Below are positions 9,401 through 17,497 of a stretch of 59,567 nt of DNA, one piece after another. The position numbers and the translations under genes are program-made. Source of the DNA: Candidatus Nanosyncoccus sp. (GTDB taxonomy: Bacteria > Patescibacteriota > Saccharimonadia > Saccharimonadales > Saccharimonadaceae); assembly GCA_045593145.1 (NCBI GenBank), contig JAZNWC010000013.1, forward strand, positions 1 to 59,567, written 5' to 3'. Positions within the stretch are counted from its first letter, which is position 1. Each line of letters opens with the position of its first letter. The notes under the pieces were generated by a model. That model was given only the letters and a program-made list of their open reading frames with translations, had not been told where the DNA came from and made no database searches.

Positions 9401-9533
9401 GACCACAGGAACCGACGTAGACCGCATTATGCCAGCTATGTCGCGCTTTGGCGATAGTAACCGCTCTGGTAAGAAGAAAGGCGTTATTGAGCGTCTTGTG
9501 AGCTTCTTCGAGAAATACTTCGGAGCGATCTAA
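6432..9533 (+). CDS. hsdR: Type I restriction endonuclease subunit R (EcoR124-like)
   Basis: RYDVTILVNGLPLVHIELKR nuclease motif, HTTGSGKT Walker A, DECH, FTGTP, QAFSRTNR; GGAGG SD; overlaps the fic stop. Confidence 0.97.
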   Translation: MSRFNMIAESEVSTVLAEYKPDDKKYTAYQSEAELERELIQNLQEQGYEYLQIHNAHDLEDNLRIQLQKLNNYVFSDSEWQRFFYENIVGNSEGVVEKTRKIQEKDTAISFRAEDGHTQNIRLLDKKNIHNNSLQVINQYAVSKDEGAEHDNRYDVTILVNGLPLVHIELKRRGVRLREAFNQIKRYSRESFFAGSGLFEYIQIFVISNGTHTKYYSNTTRESHIKELGEAGRKKSKKTSNSFEFTSYWTDAKNKTIPDLVDFTKTFFSKHTILNILTRYCVFDTDNKLLVMRPYQIVATERIINRIETSTNYKKLGTTAAGGYIWHTTGSGKTLTSFKTAQLVAKMPYIDKVLFVVDRKDLDYQTMKEYDRFEKGAADGNTSTRVLQKQLESDNSRIIVTTIQKLGVFIKKNPEHDVYSKHVVIIFDECHRSQFGDMHTAIAKAFKNYHLFGFTGTPIFASNAGSSGNPMLRTTEQAFGDKLHTYTIVDAINDKNVLPFRIDYINTVKEKDDIADKQVSSIDREHALLSDERVSMVTSYILDHFDQKTKRNQFYSFNRTMNIADVVRFGDSKRETLLGRMNGFNSIFAVASIPAAMKYYTEFKKQLAERNSSLKIATIFSFAANEDDPEEGFIFDEDLDVAGMDQSSRDFLESAIADYNKDFNTNYDTSSDSFQNYYKDLSLRVKNREVDLLIVVNMFLTGFDATTLNTLWVDKELKMHGLVQAFSRTNRILNSVKQFGNIICFRNLAEKVDEAIGLFGDRDASGIVLLKSYDEYFNGYDENGEHKVGYTELIAELSEKFPLGERIEGEQNQKDFIKLFGKILRMRNILTSFDRFEQEDILSPRDLQNYQSEYLDLYQELRPSGQTEKEDVNDDLVFEIELVRQAEVNVDYILALVAKYHESNCENKDILTSIDKAVDASIELRSKKELIHDFINLYSLHENGEIHDAWQRFINAERENELTKIIEDNNLNPAETRRLIANSFRDGVFKTTGTDVDRIMPAMSRFGDSNRSGKKKGVIERLVSFFEKYFGAI

Positions 9534-9544
9534 AGGCCATCATA

Positions 9545-9892
9545 CTAGGTGGCTTTTTGATACGCTTCAACCGCTTCCTCAATTCCGCATTCCGGGCAAA
9601 TTTCCGTCTCATTGTCTACGCGAGATAACGCCGGATATTCCGTAAATTCCTTGTTGCATTTCGGGCAACGTTGAATCTCGAATATCTTACGCGTTACGCT
9701 CTCGTGTAGTAAATCTAAATCATCACGCAGAAGATCTATATCGTCATAACGTTTAGCGTCGGCAAGAAACGACGAATATTTTTGATGCGGTTCAAGCTTC
9801 TTCCCATCCGCGTCATATTCCCCGACATAATACCAAATATCTTTGTCGTGGATTACGCCAATAACGTATTCGCAAATTCCAATATTACTCAT
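9545..9892 (-). CDS. hypothetical phage-like protein with C-terminal Zn ribbon
   Basis: CPKC...PALSRVDNETEICPECG; GGAG SD. Confidence 0.75.
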   Translation of the reverse strand: MSNIGICEYVIGVIHDKDIWYYVGEYDADGKKLEPHQKYSSFLADAKRYDDIDLLRDDLDLLHESVTRKIFEIQRCPKCNKEFTEYPALSRVDNETEICPECGIEEAVEAYQKAT

Positions 9893-10255
9893 AAAACTCC
9901 TTACTCCCTGCGAGGAGAAATTTTAGTGATCAATCGCGGCCATCCTCGCAGAGTGTTCGTATTTAAACTTACCTTCGCAAGAATTGCAAGTTTTCGAACT
10001 CTACCAAAAACAGGGGTAGAAATAATAAAGAAGCGTTTGTTCACATATCTCCCCACACTTCCAAAACGCTTATGCTTGGTGTTTTCGAACTTATGTAATA
10101 TACTTATGTTAATTGCGGTGCAGAGTTCTGCGCCTTTCTCCAGTGAGAGGGGGTAGCCCCTCATATTTTATGCGCAGATTCTGCACTACAAGTGATACTT
10201 GCCGACATAAAAAACGGCAACACCTTGGGTGGAGAAAGAAAAGTATGTACCTTAA

Positions 10256-10411
10256 ATGCAAAAGGAACAGCCGGTCGTAGAAGACCGAAAAGAAGCCGTC
10301 AAAAACCTAGTGCAATTACTTTGCGCATTAGACGACATAGACGATTCGCCAGAGCGCGAGTCCAACAAAGAGAAAGGAGTGTGCGACGACGGAGTAGTTG
10401 TCGTGTTCTAA
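10256..10411 (+). CDS. small hypothetical protein (51 aa) directly upstream of the recombinase, not in the ORF track
   Basis: ATG 10256 to TAA 10411, MQKEQPVVEDRKEAVKNLVQLLCALDDID...VVVVF; stop lies 4 nt before the recombinase ATG. Confidence 0.5.
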   Translation: MQKEQPVVEDRKEAVKNLVQLLCALDDIDDSPERESNKEKGVCDDGVVVVF

Positions 10412-10415
10412 AACT

Positions 10416-12074
10416 ATGAATAGAGCGCTAATCAATGCGAGTAGCGGCATAGTCCAGAAGCCATTACGCTACGTACTCTACGTGCGTAAGTCTTCCGAAG
10501 ATGCCGAAGCTCAAGCCAAATCATTACCAGACCAAATCGCAGATTGTAAAGAATATGCGAATAATCATGGTTTGCTTCTAGTTGGCGAACCAATCCAGGA
10601 ATCTAAGTCGGCGAAGAAATCCGGCAACCGTCCGCTTTTCTCGCAGATGCTAAAAGATATCGAGAAAGGCAAATACGACGCCATTCTCGCCTGGCACCCA
10701 GACCGCTTATCACGTAACTCGCTTGAAGCCGGAATGGTTGTCGATATGGTCGATAACGGCGTCATTAAAGACCTACGTTTCCCAACCTTTGAATTCCATA
10801 ACGATTCTAGCGGTAAGCTAACACTAAACATGCTCTTTGCCCTTTCAAAGCAATACTCAGAGCATTTGTCAGAAAGCGTGCAACGCGGCGTTGATTCAAA
10901 CCTTGAACAAGGTAAATCTGGCGGTATGCCGAAATGGGGCTATATTAGAGACGACGTATCCGGTTATTACAAACCAGACAAGAACTTCAAGATGATCCAG
11001 AAAGGCTGGCAAATGATTCTTAACGGCGCGTCACAAATGGAAGTCTACCGTTACTGGAAGATGAACGATGTGGAACGCTCTACGAAATTATCGCGCCGGA
11101 ACAAGCACGTCAGAAGCTACGGCGTCTGCGAAAGCACCGCGAACCGCATCTTCCACGATCCGTTCTACTACGGAATTCTCGAGCAAGGCCGCAATTATGT
11201 AGACTTACGCGTAGTCACGCCAAACTTCAAGCCAATGGTGACAGAAGAAGAATTCGACCAAGTTCAGAAAATGTTTAGAAAAGACCGTGGCTCGATCCAA
11301 TCTTCCTGCTACGAAAATCAGAAAGCCACACACGGCAAATACTTCCTGCCGTTCCGCCACCTTATCAAATGCTCGGTATGTGGCCACTATATGATACCGG
11401 CTAGAAACCGCGGACATTCTGGCACGTACTACCTCAATTATCGATGCCATAACAAGGCCTGCACGCGCCCAAAGAACAATATACGTATGCATGTCATCAT
11501 GGACCAACTCTACGAGGAATTCGGTCGTATCAGCCAGAAATACGACTTTACCGAATATGTAAACGCCATGAGCGAATATGCCGACAAGAAGATGCAAGAA
11601 GCCACTGTCGAGAAACACGAGCTACTCGGCCAGAAAACGCAGAAACAAAGGAAGATCGACGACCTTGCCGAAAAGTACGCGGAACTGGACAAAGAGTCGC
11701 CAAAAGCCGTCAAAGACAAGCTCAAAAAGGACATGGCGGATTTGCAAAATGATGTTGTAAATATCGACGAAAGAATCAAGCAAATTGAAGCCAAAATTAA
11801 GAATCCTGAAAAATTACGCATGACCATCGAAAAGTTTTCGAACTCGCTAAATTCGCTAATTAACAGATTAGAAAAAGGAGATCTCGTCGAAAAGGACATT
11901 TTGGTCAGAAATATGGTTTCGAACCTCGAAATTGATGCACAAAAAAGGGTGATTTACAGATATAAATCACCATTTAATTTCATCTTCGAACCTGAGTTTT
12001 CCACAGGTTCCCCTGTTGGTGATCCGGGAGGGGCTCGAACCCTCGACACCAAGCTTAAGAGGCTCGTGCTCTAA
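10416..12074 (+). CDS. Large serine recombinase (integrase)
   Basis: YVRKSSE catalytic Ser motif, AWHPDRLSRN, recombinase domain, Zn ribbon CSVCG...YRC...C, coiled coil; ATG 10416 preferred over TTG 10398. Confidence 0.93.
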   Translation: MNRALINASSGIVQKPLRYVLYVRKSSEDAEAQAKSLPDQIADCKEYANNHGLLLVGEPIQESKSAKKSGNRPLFSQMLKDIEKGKYDAILAWHPDRLSRNSLEAGMVVDMVDNGVIKDLRFPTFEFHNDSSGKLTLNMLFALSKQYSEHLSESVQRGVDSNLEQGKSGGMPKWGYIRDDVSGYYKPDKNFKMIQKGWQMILNGASQMEVYRYWKMNDVERSTKLSRRNKHVRSYGVCESTANRIFHDPFYYGILEQGRNYVDLRVVTPNFKPMVTEEEFDQVQKMFRKDRGSIQSSCYENQKATHGKYFLPFRHLIKCSVCGHYMIPARNRGHSGTYYLNYRCHNKACTRPKNNIRMHVIMDQLYEEFGRISQKYDFTEYVNAMSEYADKKMQEATVEKHELLGQKTQKQRKIDDLAEKYAELDKESPKAVKDKLKKDMADLQNDVVNIDERIKQIEAKIKNPEKLRMTIEKFSNSLNSLINRLEKGDLVEKDILVRNMVSNLEIDAQKRVIYRYKSPFNFIFEPEFSTGSPVGDPGGARTLDTKLKRLVL

Positions 12075-12093
12075 CCAACTGAGCTACCGGACC
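12017..12093 (-). tRNA. tRNA-Lys (CTT), CCA encoded
   Basis: Reverse complement GGTCCGGTAGCTCAGTTGGTTAGAGCACGAGCCT-CTT-AAGCTTGGTGTCGAGGGTTCGAGCCCCTCCCGGATCACCA folds as a cloverleaf. Confidence 0.96.
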
Positions 12094-12230
12094 AAGTGAG
12101 GACAAGAACTGAAAGCTTGCTTTCACGTTCTTAGTCAGAACGCAGGTCCGGCTAGCACGAAGTGCGTCCCGGACCAAATCTGATTCTATTAAATATCAGG
12201 GGCGGAAAGCGCTTTAGCGCTTACCGGACC
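12094..12230 (-). other. Structured 137-nt leader/insert upstream of tRNA-Lys, bounded by a duplication of the tRNA's first 9 nt
   Basis: TACCGGACC at 12085-12093 and 12222-12230; four hairpins in between. Confidence 0.7.
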
Positions 12231-12237
12231 TTCAACT

Positions 12238-12266
12238 ATTATACCACCAAACCCACTTTTTTACAA
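12238..12266 (-). promoter_or_regulatory. sigma70 promoter for tRNA-Lys (TTGTAA-N17-TATAAT, extended TG)
   Basis: -35 at 12266-12261, -10 at 12243-12238. Confidence 0.75.
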
Positions 12267-12314
12267 TACAATAAATCGCCCCCTCATCCGAGGGGCCAGT
12301 ACTAAACAGCGCTG

Positions 12315-12515
12315 TCAACTGTCAAATCCACTTTTTACCTGTGGATTAAGACAATAATCATCATGGCCAATCGCTTCCTTCACTTTTTCAGAAATTCCAC
12401 GATTTATTGCCCGCACCATCGCCTCGTCATAGTCACCACAAGGCGACTTATAGCAAAGGATCACTTCAAGCAAACCAAATGCCATATACACTCCAAACCC
12501 ATCCGCTTCAATCAC
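12315..12515 (-). CDS. hypothetical protein, possibly the 3' part of a frameshifted gene
   Basis: 66-aa ORF with GTG start; an upstream ATG frame (MGKRDLVF...) joins it by a 1-nt shift; GC hairpin downstream at ~12278-12296. Confidence 0.35.
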   Translation of the reverse strand: MIEADGFGVYMAFGLLEVILCYKSPCGDYDEAMVRAINRGISEKVKEAIGHDDYCLNPQVKSGFDS

Positions 12516-12616
12516 GTCAATATCTCATCACCAAACGATGTGTTATTTCTAAACCGGTACGCATCAAACACTAAATCCCTTTTGCCCATCTATCCCAGAT
12601 CAACTAAAATATAACA

Positions 12617-12805
12617 TCACCGGCCGGTCAAATGCCAATGGTCACCATACTCACATTTATACACAGAAAGTTCCGGCGTGCCATGGTCATACTGTGCCAC
12701 CTTGGCTGCTATATCCGCTTCTTCACGCGTAGCATAACAAATCTTTTGCACTTCCCCCACCCAACATTTTTTTGGTTCGTAAATTTGATTTTTATAATAT
12801 GTCAT
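12617..12805 (-). CDS. small hypothetical protein (YKC..G.HWHLT, possible metal binding)
   Basis: 62-aa ORF overlapping the upstream gene's stop; Cys/His motif. Confidence 0.7.
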   Translation of the reverse strand: MTYYKNQIYEPKKCWVGEVQKICYATREEADIAAKVAQYDHGTPELSVYKCEYGDHWHLTGR

Positions 12806-13700
12806 TATTTATGTCCTTAAAACTGACCGCTTCTACTGCCGCTCTTAATTTTTCTTCGCTACCATAATATGTTCTCTGCCCCGGGCTATCGCTTAACATA
12901 TGCTGTGCATACGGAAAACTCACCGCGCTTTCTAACACTCCGCCCACGCGCCCAACTTTACAAAACACATCCGCCTTTTTAACTTTGTCCAAAGGTACAT
13001 CAAGAGCCTGTTTCATTTCTTCCGGGAAAAATGTAAGAGAAAACAAATCACCATCCACCTCGCCAGTAGAAGGCCCATAAGCGATCGAAGTATTTCCATC
13101 AATCCAAAGTTCTGGATTTAGCGGTTTCATTTTTGCACCCACCAAATTCATTTCACACTTGGCGTACTTTTTACCATCCTCATTTTTCATGTCGCAAACA
13201 AAATCACCTTCACAAGTCGTAGTCATCACTGCACCTTTTACATCCGGAGATTTGAGTCCATGTTTTTCGTCATACGAAATCGTATCACTAATGTAGTCGC
13301 ACACAACCCAAGAAACTAATCCCGTCTCACTATTTTTTGCCACCAAATAAAATTCAGTTCTCGCACCCCAAAACACACTCGTATGCACGCGAAACATCGT
13401 CACGATACCGTAATATTTTTCTGGACCACCTTCAAACACTGCCGTCTTTACCGGCACAAAACCTTCTGGCAAATATTTTTGAATCCGCTCTGGCTCGCTA
13501 ATTTCATAAAACAAAAACGAGCAATACGGCTCCACCACAAATGGCATTTTGTTCGCCTTTTTCGTAGCATTTTTTACCAATTTCTTTTGTAGCCAAACCG
13601 GCAGCCGCGCTAATCGTGTTTGCAAATACTGCACTTTCCCAACTTTCATCGGATCCACCAATTTTTCTACGCCCTTTGAAAAATCCAAAATATTCATCAT
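12792..13700 (-). CDS. hypothetical protein, possible acetoacetate-decarboxylase-like fold
   Basis: 302-aa ORF with AAGGAG SD; YEI.EPERIQKYLPEGF pattern reminiscent of ADC-like proteins. Confidence 0.65.
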   Translation of the reverse strand: MMNILDFSKGVEKLVDPMKVGKVQYLQTRLARLPVWLQKKLVKNATKKANKMPFVVEPYCSFLFYEISEPERIQKYLPEGFVPVKTAVFEGGPEKYYGIVTMFRVHTSVFWGARTEFYLVAKNSETGLVSWVVCDYISDTISYDEKHGLKSPDVKGAVMTTTCEGDFVCDMKNEDGKKYAKCEMNLVGAKMKPLNPELWIDGNTSIAYGPSTGEVDGDLFSLTFFPEEMKQALDVPLDKVKKADVFCKVGRVGGVLESAVSFPYAQHMLSDSPGQRTYYGSEEKLRAAVEAVSFKDINNDIL

Positions 13701-13706
13701 CTCTCC

Positions 13707-14321
13707 TTATCTATATTTTAACCCAATTCCTTGGTAAAAATCCATCGCCGTTGGAAGTCCGAGATTTTTACAAATCAAATTCCCAAGTTCATCTATCATT
13801 ACTAAACAAAATAAAGTTATGGCGAGGGTAAGAAATGCACGCCTGCTCATTTTTTGTGCCAACGAAATACAAAACGGTACAATTAAATATGTAAGAATTA
13901 GCGCCGACACACCAAAGAATAGCACGGAACGAAGACATACAAAACCACCAATATTCCCAAAATTCCAAATCTCGGTATTATAATCCCAGTAGCGCGTGCC
14001 ATTACCGATTTTATAAACTAACCAACCGGCGATAAGTTCGAGAAGCCCAGTCGTAACTACAGAAATAAGAAACACCGCCCACGGATATTTACGAAGTCGC
14101 CACGTAGTGGCAAGAATTAATAGTGCTCCAATCGCATAAATATTTATCCACGGCAAAAAGTTCCCGCCCTCCATATAAAATTCCTTGCACCCACCATCAA
14201 GAAAATAAAAGAAAAATTCATACACCCACCCAAAAAATCCACCAACCACCACGACGAGCATCAAAATCCCCATCTTCTGCCATTTGTCCAAAGTTTTTTC
14301 CGTCTTCTTTTTCGTGCTCAT
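13707..14321 (-). CDS. putative ABC transporter permease (CmpB/DUF1113-like membrane protein)
   Basis: FGWVYE, GNFLPWINIYAIG, YWDY...NIGGFVCL motifs; multiple TM segments. Confidence 0.8.
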   Translation of the reverse strand: MSTKKKTEKTLDKWQKMGILMLVVVVGGFFGWVYEFFFYFLDGGCKEFYMEGGNFLPWINIYAIGALLILATTWRLRKYPWAVFLISVVTTGLLELIAGWLVYKIGNGTRYWDYNTEIWNFGNIGGFVCLRSVLFFGVSALILTYLIVPFCISLAQKMSRRAFLTLAITLFCLVMIDELGNLICKNLGLPTAMDFYQGIGLKYR

Positions 14322-14430
14322 GGTTTAATTATATCAAATCTTATCTTTAAAAGTCGAGTATTTCAAAATCTCTCCTACTTTCGTATGTAGTCTCTCGCCT
14401 ATACCCCATCCCCCGTGTTATAATATCCTT

Positions 14431-14688
14431 ATGAATATTTTTGACATCATCGGCTGGATTGGCATGGCCCTCGTGCTCATCGCCTACATTTTGCTCTCGC
14501 TTGGCAAAATTAAAAACGGCTACCTTTACCAGTTTCTAAATCTCGCCGCCGGCACTCTCATGGCCATCGGCCTCTTTCCCAAAAACGCCTGGTTCTCCTT
14601 TACCCTCCAAATCGTCTGGAGCCTAGTCGCCATCATCGCCATGATTAATCTCGCCACCAAAAAGCCAAAAAGAAAAAAGAAAAAATAA
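14431..14688 (+). CDS. small membrane protein (CBU_0592-like)
   Basis: DIIGWIG..LVLIAY.L...YQFLNL pattern, three TM helices; leaderless promoter. Confidence 0.75.
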   Translation: MNIFDIIGWIGMALVLIAYILLSLGKIKNGYLYQFLNLAAGTLMAIGLFPKNAWFSFTLQIVWSLVAIIAMINLATKKPKRKKKK

Positions 14689-15390
14689 TTATCTCCGCAT
14701 CCTACGAACCAGTTCTTTTGTCTCCACATCCACGCGATACGAATCGCAAATTTTAGAAAGCGTCTTATTATACGTCCATTTCGGCAAGCCAGAACTCACC
14801 AAATATCCAGTCGTCGCAGTTGGGTATTTAATAAAACAGTCGCATAAAAGCCACGCGATTCCCATCCGGATATAATATTCTTCGCGCTTTTTCAATTTCT
14901 CCACTCTATCAAAAATCACAGCGAGATAATCCGGCTCCACATAGCAAGCCTTCAAAAGCACCAATCCAACTCTCACTACAAACTCACGCTTATCATCAAG
15001 CAACTTATCAATTTTAGTATCAAAAAACTCCGCACGGTGTTTCTTTACCACTTTCCCCACCGCCGAACAAAACGTGTCACACGTACTCCAATCGTCAATA
15101 TACGAAACTTGCGAATCAAACCAAGAAAGCATCTCATCATACGGCAACCTCGCAATCAAAAATCCACGTGCCAAAACTTCTTCATACCCCACCGGCTCCT
15201 CCGCCAACAAATCAACAATACAGCTAGCTTCCACGCTTGTAGCAACTTTCCGTATCAATGGAACACGAACCCCCAAAAACGGCCTCTCGCTCGGACAAAT
15301 TTTCATCACAAAATCGCGATATTCATCCTCCGCCAAATCCGCCAAAGCCGTTTTTAGTTTTTCATAGCTACGAATCGCGTCATTGTTCAT
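14689..15390 (-). CDS. DNA alkylation repair protein (AlkD-like)
   Basis: LGVRVPLIRK, IDDWSTCD, YYIRMGIAWLL motifs. Confidence 0.88.
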   Translation of the reverse strand: MNNDAIRSYEKLKTALADLAEDEYRDFVMKICPSERPFLGVRVPLIRKVATSVEASCIVDLLAEEPVGYEEVLARGFLIARLPYDEMLSWFDSQVSYIDDWSTCDTFCSAVGKVVKKHRAEFFDTKIDKLLDDKREFVVRVGLVLLKACYVEPDYLAVIFDRVEKLKKREEYYIRMGIAWLLCDCFIKYPTATTGYLVSSGLPKWTYNKTLSKICDSYRVDVETKELVRRMRR

Positions 15391-15436
15391 ACCTACATTA
15401 TATGCTACAATTAATCTAAATTAAAGGAAAACAAAA

Positions 15437-15937
15437 ATGCCAAAAAAATCAAAAAACAAATCTACCAAAAAACTTACTACTTGGGGTAAAATCTGGCGCA
15501 TTACCCTTGCCATCGCTATCCCACTTGGCGGCGGCGTTATCATTGCGCTTCTCACTCAAAACACCATGTCCAAATTTGGCGCTTTCAACCAGCCACCGCT
15601 TGCTCCTCCAGCCATTCTTTTTCCTATCGCCTGGACTATTCTCTATACTCTCATGGGGCTTGCTAGCTACTTCATTTGGCGAACCGGTAAAGGAAAAATC
15701 GCCCTCATTCTTTATGCTATCCAACTTGCCTTTAATTTTATCTGGACTCCACTTTTCTTTGCTCTAGATCAATTTTGGCTTGCTTTCGTTTGGCTTCTCA
15801 TCATGTGGGCTATCATTCTGGCGCTCATGATCAAAACCTTCAAAATCTCTAAACCTGCTTTTTATATGCTTTTACCATATATATTATGGTGCACTTTTGC
15901 CGCCTATCTAAACTGCGGTATCGCCATTTTGAACTAA
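15437..15937 (+). CDS. tspO: TspO/MBR family tryptophan-rich sensory protein
   Basis: QPPLAPP..FPIAWTILY.LMG, QLAFNFIWTPLFF, LLPYILWCTFAAYLN. Confidence 0.92.
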   Translation: MPKKSKNKSTKKLTTWGKIWRITLAIAIPLGGGVIIALLTQNTMSKFGAFNQPPLAPPAILFPIAWTILYTLMGLASYFIWRTGKGKIALILYAIQLAFNFIWTPLFFALDQFWLAFVWLLIMWAIILALMIKTFKISKPAFYMLLPYILWCTFAAYLNCGIAILN

Positions 15938-15940
15938 AAA

Positions 15941-15968
15941 AATACCCGAGCCAAAAAACTCGGGTATT
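15941..15968. terminator. Intrinsic terminator hairpin between convergent tspO and rny
   Basis: AATACCCGAG-N8-CTCGGGTATT. Confidence 0.8.
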
Positions 15969-15979
15969 CATTTACTTAC

Positions 15980-17497
15980 TTATTTTGCATATTCTACCGC
16001 ACGAGTCTCGCGAATCACATTCACCTTAATCACGCCAGGATAGCTCATCGTTGCTTCAATCTTGTTTGCAATATCACGCGCAAGTTTCAACGCAGACAAA
16101 TCATCAATTTGCTTTGGCTCCACTATTACGCGAATTTCACGACCAGCCGAAATCGCATAGGCTTTATCAATACCTGGAAAGCTCGTTGCAATATTTTCAA
16201 GATCTTTCATACGTTCTGCAAAGTTCTCCGCCGAAATATTACGCGCACCCGGACGAGCGGCCGATACTGCATCCACAATTTTTACAATAATTGCTTCTGG
16301 AGTAGTTGGTTCAATATCATCATGATGCGCTGCAATCGCATGCACTACCGGCTCTGGCAAACCATACTTTTTGGCAAGTTCTGCGCCAATTTCGGCATGT
16401 TTACCTTCAATTTTGTGTGTTACGGCTTTGCCCACATCATGAAGAAGCGTTGCCATTTTGGCAACACGCTTATCTGCGCCGATTTCTTCCGCAATCATGC
16501 CAGCCATGTGAGCCGCTTCAATAGAATGTAGCAAAACGTTTTGCCCATAAGAAGTGCGGAATTTAAGCTCGCCAAGTAGATGCAACATTTCGCGCGGAAT
16601 ACCAACTACGCCAACTTCCCTTGCAGCATCTTCACCAGCACGCACTACTTCTTTTTCTATTTCGCGCTCAGCCTTCGCTACGGCTTCTTCAATCGAAGAT
16701 GGATTAATACGGCCATCTTTCATCAAACGCTCAAGTGCATATCTTGCCACTTGACGACGAATCGGATCAAAAGAAGACAATACTACCATGCCCGGTGTAT
16801 CATCCACCATAATATCTACACCAGTTGCACGCTGAAGAGCCTGAATATTGCGGCCTTCCTTACCAATAATGCGACCCTTCATATCATCGTCAGGAAGTTT
16901 AAGCGCCGTAATCGTACGGTCTGCCGTCACTTCAGAACTCATGCGTTCCATCGCAGTTACAAGTATCGCTTGCGCAGTTTCGTCAATGTCATTTTTAATT
17001 TCTTTTTGTTCTTTTGCAATCAGGCCAACCAAATCTTGCTTAATATCATTTTCGGTCATCTTCATCAACTTTTCGCGTGCATCGGCTTTTGACAAACCTG
17101 CGATTTTTTCAAGCTTCTCATGTTGCTTTTCACGAATATCACGAATCTCATTTTTGAGTTCATCAATTTCTTTTTCTTCGCGAGTTAATTTTTCAGACTT
17201 TTTCTCAAGCTGGTCTAGCTTAGAGTCAAGCGTAGTTTCACGTTCTGCCAAACGATTCTCAGTTTTTTTCCATTCTTTGCGACGTTCATTTTCCTCATTC
17301 TGATTTTTTTCAGTAATAGACGCCGCTTCTTTTTTTGCATTAAGAACAATTTCAGACGCTTCGTGTTTGGCTTTTCGCACCAAATCATCGGCCTTATTTT
17401 TACCACCATTTTCCTTTTTCTTGTTATAGGCAAAAATCCCGCCGGCACCAGCAACAAGCCCTGCCACCGCGGCAATAATTGGGATTACTATCTCCAT
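15980..17497 (-). CDS. rny: Ribonuclease Y
   Basis: N-terminal TM, coiled coil, KH motif KGRIIGKEGRNI, HD domain RTSYGQNVLLH...LLHDVGK, DAVSAARPGAR. Confidence 0.97.
   Translation of the reverse strand: MEIVIPIIAAVAGLVAGAGGIFAYNKKKENGGKNKADDLVRKAKHEASEIVLNAKKEAASITEKNQNEENERRKEWKKTENRLAERETTLDSKLDQLEKKSEKLTREEKEIDELKNEIRDIREKQHEKLEKIAGLSKADAREKLMKMTENDIKQDLVGLIAKEQKEIKNDIDETAQAILVTAMERMSSEVTADRTITALKLPDDDMKGRIIGKEGRNIQALQRATGVDIMVDDTPGMVVLSSFDPIRRQVARYALERLMKDGRINPSSIEEAVAKAEREIEKEVVRAGEDAAREVGVVGIPREMLHLLGELKFRTSYGQNVLLHSIEAAHMAGMIAEEIGADKRVAKMATLLHDVGKAVTHKIEGKHAEIGAELAKKYGLPEPVVHAIAAHHDDIEPTTPEAIIVKIVDAVSAARPGARNISAENFAERMKDLENIATSFPGIDKAYAISAGREIRVIVEPKQIDDLSALKLARDIANKIEATMSYPGVIKVNVIRETRAVEYAK

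Larger units (their letters stand above)
1..12074. mobile_element. Integrative defence island inserted at tRNA-Lys (left end outside window)
   Basis: Large serine recombinase abuts and overlaps the tRNA 3' end; cargo is R-M, Fic and phage-like small genes; codon style (CG-rich codons) differs by eye from the backbone beyond 12.3 kb. Confidence 0.8.

Noticed and set aside
9782..10419. ORFs 9782-10156(+), 9901-10164(-) and 10192-10419(+) from the track
   Set aside because: They overlap promoter-like and hairpin sequence, have atypical composition and lack clear RBS; the 51-aa frame at 10256-10411 fits better
1000..12005. DnaA-box matches TTTTCCACA/TGTGGAAAA at 1000-1008, 5249-5257 and 11997-12005 as a replication origin
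   Set aside because: They are isolated and kilobases apart; the 5249 copy is better explained as one half-site of the GTGGAA-N14-TTCCAC operator, whose other half-sites are not DnaA boxes
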